Shown: positions 49,502 through 62,660, counted from the first letter of the stretch. The stretch: DNA of 64,000 nucleotides from Octopus sinensis (GCF_006345805.1 NC_043010.1:34224001-34288000); one strand, 5' to 3'. Numbers and translations are program-made. Notes: generated from the letters alone by a model not told the origin.

Positions 49502-49975
49502 CAGGGTACAATAGGTAAATTGTCGCCATTTTATATTTTTAATTTTGTACATGTGCATTGTTTGTTTTTGATTTTGTTGACTACACAGTATAGTAGGGTC
49601 AATTGGGTACTGACTGTGAAAAAAAAGAAAGCACCATGATGCAATTCATTCTGCCAGAAATTTGGAAATGACATGCTGTACTACTTGGCATTCACACTGG
49701 AAGCTCCACTACGAACATTTCAGAGTGTTTGGGTGTCAATCTGAGGAAAGTGCAGAGGATCTGGAAAGAGCTGGATGAGTCTAATGGTTATTACGAAAGT
49801 ATTGCAATTCAAAAAACTCAATCTGATCATTCTGATAAGGAAAGAACTCATGAATTTGTTGGTGAGATCCGGGCCATGATTGACAATGATCCCTCCAAGT
49901 CAGTCAGGTCTCCCGCCAGGGACATGGGAGTGTCTCGGTTTCTTATCAGGCAGATAGTGCATGAAGACATTCGGT
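49502..49975 (+). mobile_element. maT-like transposon 5' fragment
   Basis: TA|cagggtacaataggtaaattgtc; ORF GVNLRKVQRIWKELDES...IDNDPSKSVRS.ARDMGVS. Confidence 0.7.
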
Positions 49976-50146
49976 ATTGCCAACCACTTTACAGAATGTA
50001 TTGAAATGCCTTTTCTGTGGCACTAGCAATAGTAAAATCACTAAGTAGTTTACAGGGCAAGACCCTTCAACTGCTGGGGTGGAGTAGTATTGAGGGACAG
50101 AAAAGACATCTTTCATTAGAAGAGAAACATGGCTATATCTGATGGG

Positions 50147-50184
<38 letters not shown>

Positions 50185-50369
50185 GGTAGAGAGAGATAGG
50201 GAGAGAGAGAGAGGGAGAGAAAGAGAGAGAGAGAGGTGATGATGTGACTGAGGTGAGACGGGACTGTACATCCAAGTTACAGGGTGGTGTATATAGTTAA
50301 GTGGACCACACATTGGAGAGGGGGGTAGGTGGGTGAGTAGGTGAGAAAGTTTGTAAGAATTCTCATCAT

Positions 50370-51570
50370 TCATTGTTTTCATGCAAGAATGACATTTATG
50401 TATTTGTTGCATAATATTCCTGTGCAAAAATATCTAGTTACTACAGCCTTGCAATCGCTGAAAGCCTACTTGTTCACCCTTTTGTATATTTTTTTTTTCC
50501 AAAACAGTCTTTATCCTTTTCAGGATAATCATACAGAATATTTATTTCCAATACTGTGCTTTGTAGGATTACACCCCTCCGATTGCTACACTCTTTGAAT
50601 TTCTACATTTTCGGTATCCTAATCACTATGCCAACTTTCTAATCTTCAGGTATCTGTTCAATATTCCATATATTATGAAACAACTTCAATAATGTTCTTG
50701 CAGTCATGTGCTTATCTGCTTCCTTTTTTTCTTTTCATCTTATTTTTTTAACATTTCTTTTGCATTTCCATCTAATTCAGGAGCCTTTCTGTTTTTTAAT
50801 TGCTCAATAAAGCTTGCTATTTCTTCAACAGACATTTCATGTACAGCCACATCCAGCGCCTCTGTGCTTCAGGAATTATCAGAGCATTTCTTCCATTAAA
50901 TGCCTTTCTCATGATTGTATTAAAATGTTCTTTCTATCTTCCTTGAATGTATATATCAGATATTATTAGTTTCCCATCAATACTAAATGCAGGTACTCTC
51001 TTTGATCTTTTCACTTTGCCTGTAATCTCGTTTATTATTTCATAAGCTTTTCTGATTTCTCTACCACAATGAGTAAGTTATCTACTTCATCAGCTTTCAC
51101 ATTCAAGAATTTTCTTTTATCTTTTCTTAAACACCTTTTCATCCCTTTTGAGATTCCAATATTTAGCTATTTCCATTTCAAAGTCCATCTTGTTTTCTCA
51201 CTCTCTCCCTCTCTTCCTCCCTTTCTCTCCCCCTCTCTCTATTTCTCTCCCTCTTCAACTTTTAACAATTCGTTTTTGTTCCTTTCGTGCCTCATTAACT
51301 TCCTATGTTTCATCCCTAAATCCAAAATCCATTTCCTCCTATTTATCTTACTTCTACTCAGAACACCTTTGGCTACATTCTTCCATGCGCCATTGATTTC
51401 TACATGGTCTCCATCTATAGCTTCAGGTATCACTTATTGATTTCGACATTCAATTACAAATTCATCTTTAATTCTATCATCTTTCAACTTTTTTGTATCG
51501 AATCCAGTAATCCCTTCCTTAATTTCCTTATCCTTAACTTTAACCAAATTGTCCCATTTACTAACATATG
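50370..51570 (-). mobile_element. RTE-clade LINE fragment (linker plus RT N-terminus), heavily decayed
   Basis: Minus strand EEIASFIEQLKNRKAPELDG...LFHNIWNIEQIPED...RIPK...EQVGFQ. Confidence 0.75.
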
Positions 51571-51856
51571 ATCATTTCCAAAACCTGCACTTCAATAACT
51601 TTTAAAGCATAATAGTGATTTTACATAATATATTTATCCAAAAAATTAAGTATTTGATTGTAATATTTTTTTATGTGAAGAGGCTAAGTGTATTTAAGAA
51701 TAGTCTTTGGTTTAAAGAATAGTCTTCTGTTTGCTACTATGGTCAGCTTTGGTGTTAGGTTACCATTTACAATTTTCATACCTCTTGCTGGTATACTATC
51801 AGTTTCTTCTTACAACAATTGGTAACAAGAATCTTTCTCTTCATTAACACACACAT

Positions 51857-51890
<34 letters not shown>

Positions 51891-52644
51891 TGGTATAAAG
51901 TACAATATTGATAATAAGGAGAATGAAGAGAATGAAGAATTTGAACATTCAAATTTTGTTTACTTACAGTTAGTTTATTCATAATAATAGCCTGAGACAT
52001 GTTTCAATCACACCAACTGCATATTGTTGCATATTCATATGCAGCAATTTATGCATTGTTAGTACAATCTCCTCAGGACGTATAAGTATGACATTTTTCG
52101 AAGAGGAATTTTCCTCCACTATAGTTAAAATTAGGCTTGGTAGTAGTAGTAAACCTTGACATTTTTCCATGAGATATTTTTCTCAACTGTTTGTTTGGGT
52201 AAAATTTAATAGCAGCAGCAGTGTTTGTTGAAGTTCTCAAATGTTCTTGGCTGGGTGGGAAGTGGTTCCTTAGAATACTTATTTTTGATTGATTCTACAT
52301 ACTTTTTAGTTATAAGGTATTTTGATGAATTCCAGAGTTAATTATATTATTTGAAATTTGTGAAGGTTATTAATATTAGTAGTGGATAATTACTAAGCAG
52401 TAAGAACCACGTGGTTATTAAAAAGAAGTTGTCAGTTGTATTTTAATTCTTCTAACTTATTATTATTTTAAAGTGTTTTTAGGTTATATTATATATAGGC
52501 ATAGGAGTGGCTGTGTGGTAAGTAGCTTACTTACGAACCACATGGTTCCGGGTTCAGTTCCACTGCGTGGCACCTTGGGCAAGTGTCTTCTACTATAGCC
52601 TTGGGCCAACTAAAGCCTTGTGAGTGGATTTGGTAGACAAAAAC

Positions 52645-55430
52645 TGAAAGAAGCCTGTCGCATACCAATTATATGTATACAATTATACACACTTGAATAA
52701 TACATACTAGCCCTAATATACTGAAATACTAATAATCACCAACTAACCACCATCACAAATGAAACCCACACCCATACTATGACAAACTCCCCATACCCAT
52801 TTACACCTACATAGTAATCCCAATATATTCTTCCATACATGGGCAAGTGCGTGAAGCACATGAACCATAATTAGTACGTACAACCCCTAATACACACTAA
52901 GATATACGTATCAAGCTCGACCTCCACAGTGATAAGTTTACACACAATCACACCCAGACGGGTGAATTGCACAACCAGTGAATGCTCACACATACGGGCG
53001 CGATTACATTGTTGCATATATCGAGCCAAATAGTATGCATATGTACATGTGAGGGGTACACGTAAATGAAGTGAGCGTGTACCCCTGTATTATACCCGTG
53101 CGTGAATATACACATGGAGACTACCACACAGGTACAAATGTGTTTAGAAATGGGACCCCATTACTACACTTAATGTATACTCTCACCCATCCGAACGGAT
53201 GTGTAAGTGTATCTCCGGGTGTATATGTTGAGGCTTATATGTAGAGTGGTTGAAGTGAACGTCGTTGAAATGTGAATGAATGGGTAGTAGAGTGGGAATT
53301 GTAACAGGCGGTGGTGGACTAGTGTGCTTGGAATTGTGAATGGATTAGGGTGGTAATGAGGTAGGCATTGAGTATGGGTTACTGTAAGTTGTTGTTAGAG
53401 TTGCTAGGGTGAGCTAAAGCTCATAATGTATATAATTGATTTTTCATGATAGTTTTTAAAGAATCCATCATAATAAATTTTTTTAAGTAGCGTTGGTTTG
53501 CTACGTGGGAAATAGTTTTTAGTAGTTATTATATTTCTCCATTCATACTATGAATGACGTTTACTTTCTATGGCGCGTATTCTTTTTTTACATTAGTTAT
53601 TTCTATGGTAACGTAATTTGGTTTGGTTTTTGAACGGCTAAAAATCTAATTTCACTTCATAATTTGTAACTGAATTGTAAGTATGTATTTGATTTATCCT
53701 TATGTCATAATGTTATTTGTGATATTCTGGTTAATTACGATGTCTTATTGTTGTTTCATAAGAGTGTTTATGTATATGAGATTGGTTGTGAGTTTTAATT
53801 GTAATTATTTATTTATCTGTATGAGTGTGGGTGTAAATATTGTTGTAATATCTGTTTTAGTGAGTATGTTATGCGTATATGTGAGGGAGCATATGTATCT
53901 GTTGTGTGTGGTGTTTGCGTGTGTGTGTGTTGTGTGTGAATGTGTATTTGGGTTTGTATTTAGGATTTGGGATGTATGTGTAATTTGTCTGTGTGGGGGA
54001 GGGAGTGGTTTTGTGTATATGAGGTTATAAGTTAGTATAGGTTGGTGTATAGTCTTGGGTCTGTGGTTCCGTGTGGGTTTTTTGTGTGTGAATGTTTAGG
54101 TTAGGGGGTTGCTATATAAGTTTGTTATAGGGTTTAGCAAAGGAGATTTTATCGTTATATGATTTTATGAGTTTTGGTTTATCATGGTTTTTTTTTTAGG
54201 TAATTCGTGGTATTTTGTATATTTTAGGTGTTGGGTTTTTTTTACATTGTTTCATTCATAATTTTGAGTGGTGTTCGTTTTGCCACGTGAATAACCGGGT
54301 GGTGGACTAGCGTTGCTTGGAATGTGAATGGAAAGTTGTAGTAGTGAGGTAGGAATAGAGAATGGGATTGGGTTACTGCAAGTTGTTTGTTAGAGATGCT
54401 AAGGTGAGTTAGTTAAGCTCATAAATGTATATATGTTTTTTGTGGGTGTGTAAGTATTTGTTGTATATGTCGAGTTTAGTGGAGTATGTATAGGCGTATA
54501 TGAGGGGGGAGTATATGTATCTTTTGTGTGTGAGTGTTTTGCGTGTGAGTGTGTGTTTGGTGTGTGTGAATGTGTATATGGGTTTGTTATTTAGGTTTGG
54601 GATGTATGTGTTAATTTGTCTGTGGGGGAGGGAGTGGGTTTTGGTGTATATTGAGGTTATAAGTTAGTATAGGTATGTGTATAAGTCGTGGTGAGTTTGT
54701 GGTTTACGTGTGTGTATTTGTGTGTGAATGTTTAGGTTAGGGGTTTACTTTATAGGTTTGTTATAGAGTTAGCAAAGGAGATTTTATCGTTATATGTTTT
54801 AAGAGTTTTGTTTTATCATGGTTTTTTTTTAGGGATTCGTGGTATTAGTGTCTATATTTTCGATATGGATTATATATAGGTTATATATGGATTATATACT
54901 TATATTTTTTCATTTATACTTTAATTATTTAAAAGTATTTATTTTTATATTTTAAAATTTTGATTTTTTAGATGGAAGTCCACCTGAAGATTGTCGATCA
55001 AGACAAGAAACGATTGTAGTGGCGGTTTTTGATATTTTATTAAATAAATTTTATGTATTGATTAAGTCTTTCCTTGTTGTTTTGCAAATATAGTGGTTTT
55101 GTCTCAAATAATATTTTATATATATATATATTATATTTCTGTCCTGTTTCTTATTGTACTGTTTTTCTTATTTGTATTGTTTTTTCTTCATTTGTATTGC
55201 TTTTATTTAATTCCTTTTGCAGGAAGGACTGCTTCGACTGTGTTCTGTCCTTACCTTCGAAAACACACTTTGAGTCGAACCAGGGACATCTGATGAAGGG
55301 AATTTTCCTTGTATTGTTTGTCCTGTACTCTGTTTTTCGTTGTTGAAAAAAAGTCCGTTCCTTGTTTGATTTTTGTTTCTCATCTCTCGTGTTCTACGTT
55401 ATTTGTGGTGTCCTGTACTCATATATATAT
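52645..55430 (+). mobile_element. Non-coding, strand-skewed Penelope-like insert with internal duplications
   Basis: C/A-rich to ~53200, then G/T-rich; hammerhead at 54980-55022 followed by aataaa; degenerate core at 55290. Confidence 0.45.
54980..55022 (+). ncRNA. Minimal type I hammerhead ribozyme motif with self-complementary stem III
   Basis: CCAC-CTGAAGA-TTGTC gatcaa GACAA-GAAA-CGATTG-TA-GTGG. Confidence 0.7.
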
Positions 55431-55560
55431 ATATGCAATGTATATATACATGTAGATGTAAGTATGTACATATATGTATGTATATATGAATATATTTTTA
55501 TTTATTATATTACTATATGACCGAACGCACGCGTTATTTCTCTATTTCTCTTCTTAAGTT

Positions 55561-55597
<37 letters not shown>

Positions 55598-55839
55598 TGT
55601 GTGTGTTGTGTATATGTTTTGTGTCTGGTTTGTCCCCCCCCCCCCAAACATTGCTTGATAACCGATGCTGGTGTGTTTACGTCCCCGTAACTGAGCGGTT
55701 CGGCAAAAGCGACCAATAGAATAAGTGCTAGGCTTACAAGGAATAAGTCCCAGGGTTGATTTGCTTGACTAAAGGTGGTGCTCCAGCATGGCCACAGTCA
55801 AATGACTGAAACAAATAAAAGAGTAAAAGAATATACAGA

Positions 55840-55872
55840 ATTCAACTAAAAGTTCGCATATATATATATGTA

Positions 55873-55913
<41 letters not shown>

Positions 55914-56091
55914 AGTATGTGTATGTGTATGTATGTATATATATATATGTGTGTGTGTATGTATGCATATATGTATGTATGTATGTATGTATATGTGTAT
56001 GTATATATATGGGTGTAAGTGTGTGTATATATGTATATGTAAGTGTGTGGTGCGTGTTATGAGTATGTATGTATGTTTGCACACATGTATA

Positions 56092-56122
<31 letters not shown>

Positions 56123-57594
56123 GTATATTATATATGTATGTGTGGTGTGTATATATGTGTGTATGTGTATGTATGTATGGATATATATGCATGTGTATGT
56201 GTATGTGTATATGTACATATACGTGTACGCTCGTGTGTTTATGTATATGTAGGTACGTAGAGTTATCTATGTGTGTATGTATTGTACATGTGTGTAAGTA
56301 TGTATATATATATATATGTGTATATGTGGTGTATTATATATATGTATATTGTATAGTATATATATGTGTGTATATATGTATATATATATATATATAATAT
56401 ATATATAAATATATATATTATATATATATATATATATATGTGTGTAGTTTATATGTATGTATCCGTCTATATAATAGGTAACTGCACGTACATATACTTA
56501 ATATTTATTATGTATTTTTGAGTATGCATGTATGAATAACTGCGCGTATATATATTTACTATTTACTTATTTTTTGAGTATGCATGTAGTATGAATATAA
56601 GGAGGCACGTGTGTGTGTGTGTGTATGTGTAAGCATAGATATATGTATACTTTTACGCAGTGTGTACTTATGTGTATATATGGATGCGCGCGTTGTGTGT
56701 GTGTGTATGGGTACGCATGTACATGTGTATGTGCGGTATGTGATATATGAGTATGTATGTATGTGTGTGCGTATATTTGTATATGTATGTATGTATATGA
56801 TGTGTGGTATGTATATATATATATATATATATATTATATAATATATGTGTGTGGTGTGTGTGTATGTGTATGTATGTATATGTATATGCGTATGTGTATG
56901 TATTTGTATGTGTATGCATGCGCGTATATTATGTACGTATATGTATACGTGTGGGGTGTGTGTGTATGTGTATAAATGTATGTATGTATGGATGTAGGAT
57001 GTATGTATACGTATGTATGTGTATGTGTGTATATGTTATGTATGTGTATGTGTGGTGTATATGTATATATATATATATGTATATGTGTATATGTATGTAT
57101 ATGTATATATATATTATATATTGTATATATATGTATGTATATATATGTGAATATGTATGTATATGTATATATATATATACATGTATGTTTGTATGTAGGT
57201 GTATAGTATGTGTGTGTATTTATATTATTGGTGTATATGTATAGACTAGCCTTCTAAGAGTGTAGACATGAATTATGTAGGTACGCGTATGTATGTGTAT
57301 ATACGTGAATGTATGTAGATGTATGTAGTATGAATATAACGCGTGCGTGCGTGTATGTGTATGAGTGTGCGAATGAGTGAGTGTACGTGCTAAAGAGTGT
57401 GCGTGAGTAAATGAGTGCTTGTTTTCCAGTAGACAGATAAATGGACTGGCTGTCATAGCCAAGATGTTTGTGACCAGCTATCAAAGATAACAAAAGTAAT
57501 AAATGAAGATAATAAAATTAAAATTAGGGAATGGGGTCTGTATTGTATGTGTATATATATGTGTGATGTGTAGGTATGCATAGGTACACATATG

Positions 57595-57630
<36 letters not shown>

Positions 57631-58000
57631 ATGTATGTGTGTGTATAGTGTGTGTATGTGTATATATGTGTATATAGGGACTAGTGTGCTGTGTGTGCAT
57701 ATGTGTGTGTGGATATGTGTGTGTATGCGTGTATGTGAGTATGTGTGTGTATGTGTATATATATTTTTCTGTGTGTATATGTATGTGTGGTCGTGTGTGT
57801 GTATATATACATGTGGGTATACGTGTATGCATGTGAGTGTGTGTATGTGTGTATGTATACATATATGTGTATGTGTAGATATGTATATGTATGTGTGGAG
57901 TGTATATATATGTATATATGTGTGTGTGTACGTATGTGTGTATGTATATGTATATATGTTTGTATGTGTGTGTATATATGTATACATATGTGCATAGGTA
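55840..58000. repeat. Complex (TA)/(TG)/(TATG) microsatellite field
   Basis: Directly visible low-complexity sequence, ~2.2 kb. Confidence 0.9.
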
Positions 58001-58241
58001 TAAGTGAGAATCTCCTTATTTACCTAAAATCTATTCCTTTTTATATATATTTTTATATATTTTTATATATTTTTTAATATATTTTTATTTTTTTTATTTA
58101 TTCTTCTATCTAATTTAACACTGACTCCTTGACCACTCCCCCAAGTATGATATTTTGCGCTATGCCTACCCCCAAAAGTCCCCCACCAACACCGCTTTAA
58201 ACCTGCCTAATGTATAAATGCCAATACAATTCTTGTTAACT

Positions 58242-58292
58242 AGCTTCCTGAAGATTTCTCTTGAATGAAACAGTTCTAGTCCTGTAGAAGCT
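58242..58292 (+). ncRNA. Minimal type I hammerhead motif, same family as 661-713
   Basis: AGCTTC-CTGAAGA-tttc tctt gaat-GAAA-CAG..CTG-TA-GAAGCT; differs from 662-712 only at two loop II positions. Confidence 0.7.
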
Positions 58293-58743
58293 CCTTCTAT
58301 ATAATATATATATATATATAATATATATATATATATAATATATATATATATCGGAATTGTTTAACATCCACTTTCATGGAATTTGTTCAGGCAGATCTTC
58401 TATGGATGAATGCCCTTACTGTTGCCAATTACATTAAAGGTACACATGTCTGGAGCGCTCAGCTACTTGCATGTTAATTTCACAAGCAAGCTGTTCCATT
58501 GATCAGATTACCAGTTAACCATCCATTATTCTCTTCTCACACTCTAGTGATATTATCACCCATCTTTGCCCTTTCCTGATCCACTGTCTGTACTCCCTCT
58601 TATACTCACCTTTTTGTACCTTGAGAGTTCACTTGTCACTACCAACTTCATCTTCTTTCCAGTTGCTCCCATCCAATTCTTATATAACTAGCTGACCCTG
58701 TGTCATAAAAAATGAAGGCTAATTGTAGTATTTTATATACAAA

Positions 58744-59127
58744 CTAGCACTATGACCCAGCGTTGCCGGGTCATAGTGCTAGTGCATACATATACAGCTG
58801 TGTGCATGTGCACATACACGCGGGTACTGTTCAAATCTCCAACCAATCACATACAGTTAGCTGGCATTCAATTGGTATATCAAGTTTCAGGCATTTTGAT
58901 TGGGTTTTGGATAGAAAATACACAAAAAAGTCACTTCTATTAATTTTTTAATGGCTTTGCGGCATGACTGGGGAAATGTTAAGATGTGCACGGCCACCCT
59001 TTGATGGTTTTGAATGACCATAGAAAGTGTGAGCCCTCTAACTGAAAAATTGTGGATTTGTATAAAGGACACACACACAGACACACAGACACACACACAC
59101 ACATTTTGCCGTTTATATATATAGAGA
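58744..59127 (-). mobile_element. Non-autonomous Helitron-type element
   Basis: 5' TCTCTATATATATAAACGG; 3' CTAG inside a 16-bp palindrome. Confidence 0.7.
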
Positions 59128-59789
59128 TAAAGTACAAAATAAGGTATATAATAATCATAGAAACAAACATTCACATACTTCCCTTGTACATGCACACACA
59201 TACACACATATATACTCAAACGGAGTTGAAATGCTGTTTGATTTTTCTCTTCAGCATTGAACATTCACCATTCCATTTCCATTGCACACACACATACACA
59301 CACACGCATGCACAAACATTCACACCTCCCTTTTACATGTACACACATATACTCACACAGAATTGAAACGCTGATTTTTTTTCACCCCTTCCTTCCTTAT
59401 TCATGTATCACCCCTTCCTTTCTCCATTGCTATTACTTTCTCTCACTCTTTCTCAGTCAGGGCTATTACTCTCACTACTTCTCCTTCACTGAATTACTAT
59501 TTTTTCTCCTCTCCCTTCACTTATACTACTCTTTTTCCTACTCCATCCTACTCCTACTCTGTGATTTTGCACAAATACATATATATATATATGTATATAC
59601 ACACAAATATATATAAAACACTATGTTCATTATTATATTAGGAGATGTTGGGGAGCCATGTAACTTCTCTTTAGCAAGACACCTGTTCATGTTCTTATCA
59701 TGTTTTAACTTCTCAACATCTGGTGAAAAGCCACCTCTCCCACTCTCAAATATACCCTTACTCAGTTGAAAGAACTTCTTCCTTTTCTT

Positions 59790-60015
59790 GTCTTGCAAGT
59801 TACTTGGCGACCTCATTAATACTGGTGGTGTGAAAAAAAAAAAAAAGCAAAAAAAAAAGCACCCAGTACACACTGTAAAGTGGTTAGTGCTAAGATGTGC
59901 ATCCAGCTGTAGGAACCATGTCAAATCAGACATTGGAGCTTGATGCAGTCTTGCAGCTTGTCAGATTCTGTCAAACTGAGCCAGTATAGAAAACAGATGT
60001 TAAATGAAGATGATG
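59790..60015 (+). mobile_element. Degenerate RTE-type 3' tail
   Basis: aagcacccagtacacactgtaaagtggttag...catccagctgtagg...gatgttaaatgaagatgatg. Confidence 0.6.
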
Positions 60016-61019
60016 TGTGTGTGTATGTATATGTATACACACACACACACACACACACACATACACACGAACATATATATGTTTATTTTCATTCATTCCT
60101 AAGTCCATTTTTCCATACTAGCTTGGGCTACACGAATATATTATTGAAGCATAGTCTTATATGTACACACGCACACATACATTGCGTGTGTGTTTGCGTG
60201 TGTGTGTGTGTGTGTGTGTGCATGTGTGTGTGTGTATATATATATATATATAATATATATATATATCTGTGTGTGTGTAGGCACACAGCACATATATTAT
60301 TCAGTGAATATTACCCTCAACATATATCACATTATGATGCTGAATATAATAAAACTGATACCTTTATTTCCCCCCGAAATGACATGAACTTTCATGTTTC
60401 ATTACACCATAATGGGCAGAACTATTTTTAAACATTTCCAAAGAGAAAATTTCATTTCACTTTGGCAAAGAATTTAAAAAAAAAAAATTTTATTATCCCA
60501 AATAGGTTGCAAACTATTCAAAAAAACTCTAGCAACATCATAATTGGATTTATTTATGTTATTTTGTACTTTTTATTATTTTTTTTTTGTTATCACTGTT
60601 ACCATCACCATCATTTTCAGCAGCAGCAGCATTAGCAGCCACAGCAGCAGCAATAAAGAAAATTATATCTCTCTTAAGACCACATTTTACCAACGTGAAT
60701 TCTTTCTCCGTTTACTCAACCATAATGAAACTGCCATTCGAAAATTCCTACTCCTTTTGTTCGGAGATTTTCCATTCTTCGACGAATGAGGAAAGAGAAG
60801 GAAAGAGGCTGAGGAGAGACTGATAAATGGGGAGAAAGAGAGAGGAAAAGTAAAGAGTGAAGGAGAAAGTGAGAGAGAGAGAAAGAGAAGGAGAGAGAGA
60901 GTGAGAGACAGAGAAAGAGAGAGAATAGATTGACAGATAGCTAGCCAGATATAGTTTCTAAATGATAGAGAAATATAAAGTGGAGTAAGACTGATAAATA
61001 AGATACAAAAAGAGAATAT

Positions 61020-61299
61020 GCAAGATATAAATAGGTATACTGACAGACAGACAGATAGATAGACAGATAGATAGACAGATAGATAGAGAGACAAATAGAC
61101 AGATAGACAGATAGATAGAGAGATAGATTGACAGATAGATAAAGAGATAGATAGACAGATAGATAGAGAGACAGATAGATAGAGAGATAGAAAACGGATA
61201 GACAGATAGATAGACAGAGAGATAGGTTGATTAATAAACAGATAAATTTATAGATTCATAGATTCATAGATAAATAGATAGATTGACAGACACACAGAT

Positions 61300-61337
<38 letters not shown>

Positions 61338-61530
61338 CAGAGAGATGATAGATAGATAGACAGACAGACAGACAAGCAGACAGGTGGATAGATAGATATA
61401 TTGATAGATAGATAGATAAAAGGAGGGACAGACTGATATTCAGGAAGATAGACTGCCAGATAGATAGATAGACAGACAGACAACCAGACATATAGATAGA
61501 CAGACATATAGACAGACAGATAGACAAATC

Positions 61531-61580
<50 letters not shown>

Positions 61581-61735
61581 CACATAGATAGACAGATAAA
61601 TCGATTAATAGATAGACAGACAGATAGACAGATAAATCGATTGATAGATAGCTAGACAGACAGATAGACAGATAAATTGATTGATAGATAGATAGATAGA
61701 CAGACAAACAGACAGACAGACAGATATATATATAT

Positions 61736-61792
<57 letters not shown>

Positions 61793-61950
61793 CAGATAGA
61801 TAGATAGATACTTATACAAACTGACAAATATATACATAGATAAGCTGAAAAATTGCCTGATGTACCCATAGATAGTGAAACACATACACATGTGCACAAA
61901 CAGAAAAATACACATGTACATACATATATACATAGTAAGAAACAGAGATG

Positions 61951-62010
<60 letters not shown>
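61020..62010. repeat. (GATA)/(GACA)n satellite, ~1 kb
   Basis: Directly visible. Confidence 0.9.
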
Positions 62011-62012
<2 letters not shown>

Positions 62013-62185
62013 GAAATGCCACTACAGTCACATACATACACACATATGCACACACACACTCTAACACACACACACATGCACATTCATATTCACACACATA
62101 CACAAACGCATGCTGAGGCAGTTGAATAGATAGATAAGCAGCAATTTATATAGCAGAGCTGTTCCTTTAAAGACCATAATATTAC

Positions 62186-62283
62186 CTGGAGGTCTGACCC
62201 AAGTAAAGAAGCAAGAGGATTGTAAAAGAAAGAAGCTGACAAATCAATACTTCTCCGAACTGAACGCTATTCATTCTAGCCAT
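62186..62283 (-). CDS. Candidate first coding exon with a signal-peptide-like sequence
   Basis: aacATGg start, MARMNSVQFGEVLICQLLSFTILLLLYLGQTS, donor CAG|GTAATA; no downstream exon identified. Confidence 0.3.
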
Positions 62284-62332
62284 GTTCACACACACACACA
62301 CGCATACACATACACTATACATACATACATAT

Positions 62333-62394
<62 letters not shown>

Positions 62395-62610
62395 TTATTC
62401 ATATACATACGTTTATATGTACATATATATATATTTTTTCCCTTTCTAGTTTATATTTTTTAAAAACTTTTTTTGATGTTTTTTTTTTCCTTCTTTTTAC
62501 TTACAACCATTGATTTTCTTCTACTGGTACAGATTCTGGAGAATTTTTGTATAGCAAGTAGGAGATGTCTGTGCTAAGATGGCAGATAGCAATTTTTTTT
62601 GTTGGTGTTG

Positions 62611-62660
<50 letters not shown>

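Larger units (their letters stand above)
52500..55830 (+). mobile_element. SINE family B split by a ~2.9-kb insert (head 52500-52642, tail 55600-55830)
   Basis: Head ...caccttgggcaagtgtcttc...gaagcctgtcg; tail gataaccgatgctggtgtgtttacgtccccgtaac...gactgaaacaaataaaag. Confidence 0.75.

Noticed and set aside
8335-52642. tRNA genes suggested by A/B-box-like motifs
   Set aside because: All belong to SINE heads and lack a full cloverleaf.
52645-53300. Possible mitochondrial control-region NUMT (skew switch, hairpins)
   Set aside because: No mitochondrial tRNA, rRNA or protein sequence flanks it, and the PLE-type hammerhead terminus explains it better.
59538-59933. 131-aa minus-strand ORF
   Set aside because: About half overlaps an RTE tail; the rest has no clear splice signals or recognisable domain.
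60640-60830. Possible exon in a unique island next to CAG repeats
   Set aside because: Plausible acceptors exist on both strands, but donors are weak and no frame gives a recognisable protein.
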